64,000 bases of DNA from NCBI GenBank assembly GCA_044869275.1, contig JBIOXB010000163.1:1-64000 (forward strand), read 5' to 3'. Of this stretch, positions 36,358 through 44,108 are shown piece by piece; positions within the stretch are counted from its first letter, which is position 1, and each line of letters starts with the position of its first letter. The notes below the pieces were generated by a model. The model saw only the letters and a program-made list of their open reading frames with translations, searched no databases and was not told the origin of the DNA. Both the position numbers and the translations under genes were made by a program. Source of the stretch: a bacterium. Lineage in GTDB: Bacteria > Zhuqueibacterota > Zhuqueibacteria > Zhuqueibacterales > Zhuqueibacteraceae.

Positions 36358-36386
36358 AGTATAGGCGGTTTTGGCGAGGGTGTCAA
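36358..36386 (-). promoter_or_regulatory. Near-consensus sigma70 promoter directly abutting the arginase ATG (leaderless)
   Basis: TTGACA-17-TATACT-7-ATG. Confidence 0.75.
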
Positions 36387-36406
36387 GTGGAAAGTTTGGC
36401 AGCGCC

Positions 36407-36748
36407 CTAGCTCTCGCAGTGATCGGATGAATCCCCTCGTGCCGGCATTTTCTGCGTGCGCATGTTTTGTTCGATCGTAGCCAAGCCGGCGAGAATTTGG
36501 CCGTTGGCCACGATGACCAGCCCCAACGGTATAAATACGATGCCGAGCGCCACCACAAAGATGAGATTTTGCAAGTCTGACAGGCCGGTGAGCAAGCAAA
36601 CGACCCCACCACCAGTGAAGAACCACCCTATTCCTGAAATCCACTTGGCGGTCCTGCGGCGAGAGGCGGCTCTTTTTGCATCACTCTCTGAGGCCAGCTT
36701 CCCTCGCGACTCGGGCAGACCCGTTAACAGGTAGATCATGGTGTTCAT
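36407..36748 (-). CDS. Small 2-TM hypothetical membrane protein
   Basis: Two hydrophobic helices followed by GQIL....IEQN.R; start uncertain. Confidence 0.55.
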   Translation of the reverse strand: MNTMIYLLTGLPESRGKLASESDAKRAASRRRTAKWISGIGWFFTGGGVVCLLTGLSDLQNLIFVVALGIVFIPLGLVIVANGQILAGLATIEQNMRTQKMPARGDSSDHCES

Positions 36749-36868
36749 GAAGTTCGATAAAATAGAACCTTCTCTTTGCCGTGATGTTCAATCCTGGGGG
36801 TCAATATGGCGCCAGATATGCATTATGCGCTTAAAGAATCAAACACAGAATAAAATTCTAAAAATTCG

Positions 36869-36929
36869 GCCCACGGAAATGGAACTCCCACGGAAAGAAG
36901 CTTTTCATTTCAGTTCCATTTCCGTGGGC
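36869..36929. repeat. 18-bp perfect inverted repeat
   Basis: GCCCACGGAAATGGAACT ... AGTTCCATTTCCGTGGGC with an internal partial copy. Confidence 0.7.
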
Positions 36930-36994
36930 TAAAGCTTTGCTGCTCGAAGGGCTTCAGTGTTCATCCCGACGCTTCGGGATGAAAACCTGGCGTA

Positions 36995-37105
36995 GTCCAT
37001 TAAGAGTGAGGTCTTTGCTTTTAGAATAAAAGTTTTGAACGCAGATTGCCGGAGATGAACGCAGACAAAATCAGCGAAAATTTGCGTTCATCTGCGTCCA
37101 AAAAA
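36995..37105. repeat. Dispersed ~110-bp palindromic repeat, copy 2
   Basis: Inverted homolog of 14360-14470. Confidence 0.8.
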
Positions 37106-37344
37106 TTTGGTTGCGGCACGCCCGCGTTGGGATGATGAAGTCAAAAAATGTGCCGATGGAGAACTTGCAGGAAAGAAATTGAATCGCAGAAAACTAACGA
37201 GATACTGATCGTGAGGCGGAAAAACTTTGCAAGGGGAAGTGTGAATTGATGCTTGCGAGCAACACCCGGGTGTCAGCAGGCAGGGTGGCGCAATGTATTT
37301 GCAAGGAATTGGCACTGTTGCATGAAAGCAACGGGGGGCGGATG

Positions 37345-37543
37345 GGAGTGGGAGACTTGGAGATGGGGAGACTTGGAGACGGGGAGACTTGGAGATGGGG
37401 AGACTTGGAGATGGGGAGACTTGGAGATCGAGAGATGAGAATAGTTTCATCATCTCCCTGTCACCCACTCTCCCCGTCTCCCACTCTCCCCGTCTCCCAC
37501 TCTCCCCATCACCCACTCTCCCCATCACCCACTCTCTCTTCCC
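37345..37543. repeat. 8/16-bp tandem-unit palindrome (GGAGACTT GGAGATGG vs CTCCCCRT CWCCCACT)
   Basis: About 5 16-bp units per arm; the right arm overlaps the regulator's stop codon. Confidence 0.85.
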
Positions 37544-38900
37544 GACCAAGGCTGCGATAAATTGTACTGCGGTTGACGCCTGCAACTTCGGCGGCGCGGG
37601 TGAGGTTGCCGCCGCAACGTGTGACCACTTCACGAAAATATTCGCGTTGGAATTCTTCCAACAATGTTTCCTTGGCGCGTTCATAGGGCAGGTCAAATAA
37701 CGGTGCATAGTTTTGGGGAGAGGCAACCGCGCCGCTTGCCAGTGAGGGGAGGCGCGCATACTCGATGCGGCCTTCGCGGCTGTAGATCACAGCTTTTTCG
37801 ATGAAACTGCCGAGCTCGCGCACGTTGCCGGGCCAGTCATAACGGCGCCAGCCGGCCAGAAAATCTTCGCTCACTTCCGGGACCGGCTTGTGCATTTTGA
37901 CACTGAAATAGTGCAGATAGTATTGCACTAGCAAAGAAATATCATCGCGCCGTTCACGCAAGGGAGGCAAATGCAAATGAATATGGTCGAGGCGCCGCAG
38001 CAAATCATCGCGAAAGCGGCGGGCCGTGACTTCTAGTGGTAGGTTTTTGTTGGTTGCCGCCACGAGACGCACATCGGTGCGTCTCTCCTGCGTTTCACCG
38101 AGGCGCGTGAACGTGCCATATTCCAGGGCGCGCAAGATTTTGGGCTGCGAGGCCAGCGGCAGATCGCCTACCTCATCTAAAAACAATGTGCTGCCCCCGG
38201 CTTCCTCAAATTTGCCCTTCTGCATGCGATCGGCGCCGGTGAAGGCGCCGCGCCCGTGACCGAAAAATTCATTGTCGCACAGCTCGGGGCTCAGGTTGCT
38301 GCAATTGATGGTCAGCATGGCGCGAGAGGCACGCAGACTTTGGCGATGAATTTCTCGCGCGACCAGCTCTTTGCCGGTGCCGCTTTCGCCGGTGATGAGC
38401 ACGACGCTATCCGTGGGCGCGACCGCCGCAATATCGTTGAAGAGCTGGCGCACGACCGCGCTTTCGCCGACAAAGCGCGGATATTGGTGCTGCAGTTCTT
38501 CGCGATAAGCACGGCGCAGCAGTTGGTTTTGCAAATGCTGTTGAATGACCGGCCGCAGCGCTTTGAGATTCAAGGCCTTGCTTTGATAGTCGAGCACGCC
38601 GAGCCGGCCCGCTTCCAATGCCGTTTCGTGCGAAGCATGCGCCGTAATGATGATGACGGCAGCGTCGGGATCAATTTTTTTGAGCTGGCGTAAAGTCTCG
38701 AGACCGTCCATGCCACGGCCGAGCTTGAGATCGAGCAGAATCAAATCCGCCGGCGATTCGCGGAATTTGCTCAGCCCTTCTTCGCCGGTGGCAGCAATAA
38801 TGACTTGAAATTCATCGCCAGCCATGGCGATCAGGTCCTCGGGGAAGGCGGGCTGATCGTCGATGATGAGAATGGCGCTTTTTTCGGAAGGAGAGGGCAT
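37509..38900 (-). CDS. Sigma54-dependent response regulator (NtrC family)
   Basis: REC domain (IIDD, LLDL); GESGTGKE; GAFTGA; LFLDEVG; WPGNVREL; Fis HTH. Confidence 0.92.
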   Translation of the reverse strand: MPSPSEKSAILIIDDQPAFPEDLIAMAGDEFQVIIAATGEEGLSKFRESPADLILLDLKLGRGMDGLETLRQLKKIDPDAAVIIITAHASHETALEAGRLGVLDYQSKALNLKALRPVIQQHLQNQLLRRAYREELQHQYPRFVGESAVVRQLFNDIAAVAPTDSVVLITGESGTGKELVAREIHRQSLRASRAMLTINCSNLSPELCDNEFFGHGRGAFTGADRMQKGKFEEAGGSTLFLDEVGDLPLASQPKILRALEYGTFTRLGETQERRTDVRLVAATNKNLPLEVTARRFRDDLLRRLDHIHLHLPPLRERRDDISLLVQYYLHYFSVKMHKPVPEVSEDFLAGWRRYDWPGNVRELGSFIEKAVIYSREGRIEYARLPSLASGAVASPQNYAPLFDLPYERAKETLLEEFQREYFREVVTRCGGNLTRAAEVAGVNRSTIYRSLGREERVGDGESG

Positions 38901-39121
38901 GAAGGGCCAAATTATGACGAATGATTGTAAAGACTCAAAAGAAAAGCGAGAGACTGCTCAACTTCCTGAGCAAAACGATAGATCAATCATTCCACCGCTG
39001 TTCACAACGATTCTAAAATAACCATTCTCAATCTTATATTCAAGGTATGAGTTTCACGCCTGGGAAAAATCAAAAACAAAAGAATTCTAACTGTGCTATT
39101 TTATCGCAACGGCCGCCCGGT

Positions 39122-42100
39122 TCACTCCACAACCTTCAAACAAATCCGCATCGTCGTGCCTTCCCCTGGTGCGCTCTGAGCCACGAAGACTCTTCCACCA
39201 TAGCGCTCGAGACGTTTGCGTACGGAATAAAGCCCAAACCCGCCTCGGCCGCCGGGCTTGGTGGTATACCCCGAGCGGAAGATCGTTTCCCACAAGTTTT
39301 GCGGAATGCCGCCGCCGTTATCCTGAATTTCAAGATGGAGCTCGTCCAAAGAGCGGTAGAGTGCAAGTGTAATTTGCGACGGACGGCCGTCGCTTTGGCG
39401 CAAGGCATTTTCAATCAATTCGCCCAGCGCATAGACCAGGTCTTCGGGCTTGATGCGCACGGCCGGCAAGGCAGGCGCGGCGGTGAGCTTGACGCTCCCG
39501 TGATCGAACTGGCGCAAGAAAGCGGAGATGACGGCCACGGCATCCGTGCGATAAGCGCTATGCAAGCGCTTTTGGATTGCTGCAATCAACTCGCGCAAGC
39601 TGATTTGCAGGCTGGCAATCTGGGTGAGATGGGCATGATCCAGTTTCTCAGTGGCAGACAAGTCCTTTTGGAGTCGTGCGAGCGCCTGTTTCAGCTTGCC
39701 CCATGTTTCATCGAGGCCATGGGCCAAATCCATGGCGAAGTTGAGGCCGTTTTGATAGGTTCGAATCGCCTCGATCTCAATTCCAATGAAATGCAGCGCA
39801 CCTTCGACGGCTTCCTTCATGCGCTGGCGCGCCGCTGCAGGGGACACGACCTCCGGCTCGTAATTTTCGGCAAAGAATGCCAGGCTGTCCATGAATTGCC
39901 GGACTAAGCGGCCGTGATCGAAGGCGTTGAGCCGCTCTTGTAATAATTCCAATGAAACCGGTTGGGCACGATACAAACGCTGGGTGCGCAAAAGTGAAAG
40001 AGCGATCGCCAGCGCACTCGCGCTTATGATAGTGGGGCGCAGCACGTATGTCAGGTTTTCGCGCGCGAACCAATAGGTCCACACCAGCAAGAAACTGATG
40101 GCATACAGCGCCGAAAGCCACTTCAACTGAAAAACCGAAAGCCCCACATATTTCTTACCCAAGAAAATTAAGAGCAGAGACGAGGACGAGCCGAGAACGA
40201 GCAATGCCAGTTTTTCGCGGCTGCGATAGCCCAGGGCCAGATTTGCCAAGGTTCGTTTCGCTTTGAGGGCGCTCGCTCCCAGCCCCTCGATCTCTGCCAC
40301 CACGCGGCGCTCGCCGCCGCGCAAGCCGCGCATTTCGCGCACGTGGCCAGAAGGGAAAACAATTTTTGCATCATATTCTTTTTGAGTGGATACGCCGAAA
40401 AACGCCACCTTTTGCGGGCTGCAGCCATAGTTATCCGTTGAAGCAATGAGCCGCGAACCGGCGAGTGCGGCCGGATCGCCCAACTTTCCCGCTTCATATA
40501 AAAAAACTCGCGCGCCCACGGCCGCGCGATTGCTCACAATGCCCTCTGGAAAAATTTGCAAAGAGGTGCCGCGCAGATTCACGTTGTTTTGAAAAAAGAA
40601 TAAACCGTCGTCGAAATTGCTGACCAGCAAATCCAAATCTTCATCACTGTCCGCATCAAAGGCCAAAACCCCGGTGCTGCTGCCGCCGAATTGCCGGGAG
40701 GGAAACATTGATAGGTGCAGTCGATCCCGGGCCTCGTGGAGGTACTCATTGTTCTCTTGGAACCGGCCTTGGCCAGTGTTGCGATAGAAACGATCTTTAC
40801 CGCGGTTAGCCACGAGGAGGTCGAGGTCGCCGTCATTTTCAGCATCGAAAAACGTCGCTCCGAAGCTTTGATCATTTCCGGCCAGGCCCGCAAATTTCGT
40901 CACATCTGTGAAACGCGCCGTGTTGTCATTTTGCAGCAGGCGATTGCCGGCCTCGAGATTGCAGACAAAAATATCGAAATCGCCGTCGTTGTCGTAGTCT
41001 CCTATGGTTGCGCCTTGCGATTGTTTTATTTCCGGCCAGCATGCCTCGCCGGACGCGACGCAGGAATCTGCAAAACGAGGCAAGCCCGTGACCGCATCGA
41101 CGCCGAGATTGCGATACATGAGATTGGGGCGGTTGAAGACGGTGACATATAAATCTTCCCAGCCATCGCCATCGAAGTCGGCAGCGTAACCCCCAATGCC
41201 CCCGCCTTCGGAAGACAGGCCCGAGGCCTGTGTCACTTCACGGAATTGGCCGCGGCCGTTGTTGATGAAAAAAGCATTGCTCTGGTATTGGCAGGCTATA
41301 AATAGATCGAGATCGCCGTCGCGGTCGGCGTCAAATAAAGTACTCAACATCGGTCTTTGCTCGACGTAACCCCATTGCTGCAAGCCGGAATAAGCCGTCG
41401 CCTCGAAATAGTAATCATGGCCGCTGTGCAAGTAAACAAAGGGATGACCATACATGCTGGTGACAATGAGGTCGTCGAGACCGTCGCCATTCAAATCGCC
41501 GGTGGTGATAGCTTGATCATAATTGGTAAAATTTTCTCCTTTATACGAAAAACGATCGGCGTATTTCGACGGGCCCTCAACATTGAAACGCTGTGCTTGA
41601 TTGAACGCAGATACATTATTGTTGTTCTTGAAGTCTTGCACCGAAAACAGCCCGTTTGCTCTTTCCGTCTGAACAAAATAGAGGTGGGAAGATTCTCCCG
41701 GGCGATTTTGCAAAACGGCCATGCCGTATAAATCAGGAAATTTTGAGATGATCAACCATGGGGACTGCTCCGGTAGCGTTGAGATAATGGCGGCGTGTTT
41801 TTGCGGCGCTAAAATGAAACCGGCCGTTCCTGTGATCCACGAAAAGCGCTCGTTGAACAAACATACTTCGCGCAGTTCCGCCGGCGTCTCCACGAGCGGA
41901 GAATAGACCGTATCCTCCAAGGAATAGATGGCATTATGTCTGACGCCATAGCCGCGGCCATTGGGAAATAATTGGTAAGATATCAGAGGCAATCGCCAAA
42001 TAGGGTAGGGGTGTGATGCAAAACGGGTGACAGAAGTGTCTTGATCATTCATGATCAGCAAGTGTTGCTGGGGCGTCAAAAGTGCCCCTTCGAGCGCGCC

Positions 42101-42727
42101 TTTTACATTTGATAATAATGTTTGCCACTTGTCGGCGTGAAAACGCAGCAGCACGTTTTGCTCCGGCGCCCGGCAATGGGCATAGAGTGCGCCATCTTGT
42201 AGCAGCCTCAAGTTGTGAATATGCATGAAAGTAGGCAGAGGCTCCGGCCCCCATTGTCCATGCTTATAATGCCAGAACTCGCCATAATCGCAGCCGATCC
42301 AGCCTTCCTGTGGGGAGGCGAAAACCAGAGTGCGGATGTTTTGAGCATTGCCCGAAAAAGCCGGTGACCATTTTTTGCCGTCCCAGTGAAACAAACTGCG
42401 ATTGTATTGTTCCGGCACTTCCACGATGGCCCAAATGTCGTCCGGTGCAAGTGCGAAATAATCGAAAATGGTATAGGGCTCGGGCTTCGGCAAGCGCCGC
42501 CAGGGCTGCGGCCGCGACGCGTCGTATTCATGCACTCCGCCCTCGGAGCTGAAGACATAGCCCAAGCCTTCGCGCAGGATCTGGCAGGATCCCAAATCGC
42601 CCGCGCTGGGCGGCTCGATTTGTGCCCAATGAATGCCGTTGAGGGAATCGTAAAAGGCGAATTGCGCATGAAGCGTACCTGGCCCAACCAGAGACAACAA
42701 AATCACGATGCCGAGTCGCGCGCTCAT
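39122..42727 (-). CDS. Large sensor histidine kinase: propeller + FG-GAP + ASPIC/UnbV + 3 TM + HATPase_c
   Basis: Signal peptide; DxNxDGxxDL repeats; FFGV...IVFPSG; TM helices; ELIENA, DNGGGI, YTTK, GGFGL. Confidence 0.82.
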   Translation of the reverse strand: MSARLGIVILLSLVGPGTLHAQFAFYDSLNGIHWAQIEPPSAGDLGSCQILREGLGYVFSSEGGVHEYDASRPQPWRRLPKPEPYTIFDYFALAPDDIWAIVEVPEQYNRSLFHWDGKKWSPAFSGNAQNIRTLVFASPQEGWIGCDYGEFWHYKHGQWGPEPLPTFMHIHNLRLLQDGALYAHCRAPEQNVLLRFHADKWQTLLSNVKGALEGALLTPQQHLLIMNDQDTSVTRFASHPYPIWRLPLISYQLFPNGRGYGVRHNAIYSLEDTVYSPLVETPAELREVCLFNERFSWITGTAGFILAPQKHAAIISTLPEQSPWLIISKFPDLYGMAVLQNRPGESSHLYFVQTERANGLFSVQDFKNNNNVSAFNQAQRFNVEGPSKYADRFSYKGENFTNYDQAITTGDLNGDGLDDLIVTSMYGHPFVYLHSGHDYYFEATAYSGLQQWGYVEQRPMLSTLFDADRDGDLDLFIACQYQSNAFFINNGRGQFREVTQASGLSSEGGGIGGYAADFDGDGWEDLYVTVFNRPNLMYRNLGVDAVTGLPRFADSCVASGEACWPEIKQSQGATIGDYDNDGDFDIFVCNLEAGNRLLQNDNTARFTDVTKFAGLAGNDQSFGATFFDAENDGDLDLLVANRGKDRFYRNTGQGRFQENNEYLHEARDRLHLSMFPSRQFGGSSTGVLAFDADSDEDLDLLVSNFDDGLFFFQNNVNLRGTSLQIFPEGIVSNRAAVGARVFLYEAGKLGDPAALAGSRLIASTDNYGCSPQKVAFFGVSTQKEYDAKIVFPSGHVREMRGLRGGERRVVAEIEGLGASALKAKRTLANLALGYRSREKLALLVLGSSSSLLLIFLGKKYVGLSVFQLKWLSALYAISFLLVWTYWFARENLTYVLRPTIISASALAIALSLLRTQRLYRAQPVSLELLQERLNAFDHGRLVRQFMDSLAFFAENYEPEVVSPAAARQRMKEAVEGALHFIGIEIEAIRTYQNGLNFAMDLAHGLDETWGKLKQALARLQKDLSATEKLDHAHLTQIASLQISLRELIAAIQKRLHSAYRTDAVAVISAFLRQFDHGSVKLTAAPALPAVRIKPEDLVYALGELIENALRQSDGRPSQITLALYRSLDELHLEIQDNGGGIPQNLWETIFRSGYTTKPGGRGGFGLYSVRKRLERYGGRVFVAQSAPGEGTTMRICLKVVE

Positions 42728-42876
42728 ATTTTTGTCATCGCTTCAAAGTCATGGCCAAGTAAGAGGTTGGATAGGAGGGCTGTAATGTGAGGGGAATTTG
42801 TCACAATGTCAAGCATGGAGGGTGGGCTTGGGGGGAGGCAAAAGCGGCAGCCATGGAACCGCTGGCACGTTCTCAA

Positions 42877-43428
42877 TCATTCATGCGCGCTGACACGAAG
42901 GTCATCATTGTTGGCGCCTCCGCCAGAATCGGCAGGGGCAAAAAGAGAAGGGCGCTTTTTGAGCCGTCGCAGCAGTTGCAGCATGCGTAAACTCTGCTTG
43001 ATGCCGTTTCCGATGGCGCCGAGGAGTAATGCCGCGAAAATTCTCATGCACAACAACATCGCCAAACACAGGGGCGTTATCCGCAAGGCCTTCTTCAGAG
43101 TTTGATAAAGCAAACCCCACCTTTTCGCTCCCACATGCCAGCCCCAAAATGTTGACCACGAGGCATAACTGCACAGCAACGCAATCAGCGCGAGCGGCAG
43201 GCCGGCATGCCAGCGCGCCGAGGCGATGGACCAACCAAACAAGCCGCCGCAGAACCCAAACCACAGGCTGCGGCGCATGCGCTTGCGGAACAAGCCAAAG
43301 CCGCAATACAGGCATAGCATCTCGATTTCGCTGTTAGGATGGGGAACAGCGCAAGCAGCCTCATAGAGCTCTTTACAGTTGGCGCAGAATCCAATCATCG
43401 CACTTTTGGAGGTCAGAGTCCGGGTCAT
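42877..43428 (-). CDS. Membrane protein with an N-terminal Zn-ribbon-like motif
   Basis: CANC...CLYC followed by 3-4 TM segments; start uncertain. Confidence 0.5.
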   Translation of the reverse strand: MTRTLTSKSAMIGFCANCKELYEAACAVPHPNSEIEMLCLYCGFGLFRKRMRRSLWFGFCGGLFGWSIASARWHAGLPLALIALLCSYASWSTFWGWHVGAKRWGLLYQTLKKALRITPLCLAMLLCMRIFAALLLGAIGNGIKQSLRMLQLLRRLKKRPSLFAPADSGGGANNDDLRVSAHE

Positions 43429-43643
43429 TTTGCTTGGCTGCAATTACTTTCTATCGGCGCGGGTATATTACCCGAGCCGTCCCCCTCACGGCTCGGGCTG
43501 GGCGGCAGCCTTTGTCTGCCAAAAATCACCGCTTCGTCGAATATAGCACAACGATATCGGCAGGTCGAGTTCGACAACGTTGCCACAAGCTTGAAATCGC
43601 GCACGCCTGCGCCTGCCGTCTCCTCATGAGTTTCATGACATCC

Positions 43644-43788
43644 AGACTGTGTGAAAACGCTTGGTTTCAACGCCGGCTGAGCCTGTCGAAGCCGGATTCT
43701 TGAACTTAGCTCCCTTCGACAGGCTCCCTTCGACAAGCTCCCTTCGACAAGCTCAGGGTGCGGCATTCTCAAGTTTTCACACAGTCTG
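43644..43788. mobile_element. MITE (IS1182-like ends) with REP cargo and 4-bp TSD
   Basis: AGACTGTGTGAAAAC ... GTTTTCACACAGTCTG; flanking ATCC duplication; three 14-bp CTCCCTTCGACARG units. Confidence 0.85.
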
Positions 43789-43794
43789 ATCCTT

Positions 43795-43988
43795 TTCAAA
43801 CCATATGCCATCTCCTGCACTTTCTGCAAACTGAAGTGCGATGTAAAAACAGGAAATTACGAGCTCAGCAAAAGGGCTGCAATGTAGTCTTGACGGGAGG
43901 TGTTGCCTAAACACGACAGTCCAATCAGCAAAAGCCGCAACAGGGTGAACTTTTTCTGCCATTTAAGGGTTGTTGCATGCCGGCAACA
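43795..43988 (-). promoter_or_regulatory. Putative sigma54 promoter with upstream TGTTGC-N6-GCAACA enhancer boxes
   Basis: TGGCAT-N5-TTGAA (43810-43795); boxes at 43901-43918 (imperfect) and 43971-43988 (perfect). Confidence 0.4.
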
Positions 43989-44029
43989 GCGGGTAGGCAG
44001 GTGTTCAGAATGAGGCGCATGTTCGCGGC

Positions 44030-44058
44030 TTGACATTCAGGCGAAAACTCAGTACCAT
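44030..44058 (+). promoter_or_regulatory. Sigma70 promoter
   Basis: TTGACA-17-TACCAT. Confidence 0.6.
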
Positions 44059-44108
44059 GAATTGGATTTTTGAGTTCCAACCCCAGCCTTCACAAGTCGA
44101 TCCGGTTT

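Noticed and set aside
37345..37543. CRISPR-like periodic array
   Set aside because: Units are 8/16-bp tandem repeats with no unique spacers, and no cas genes are present.
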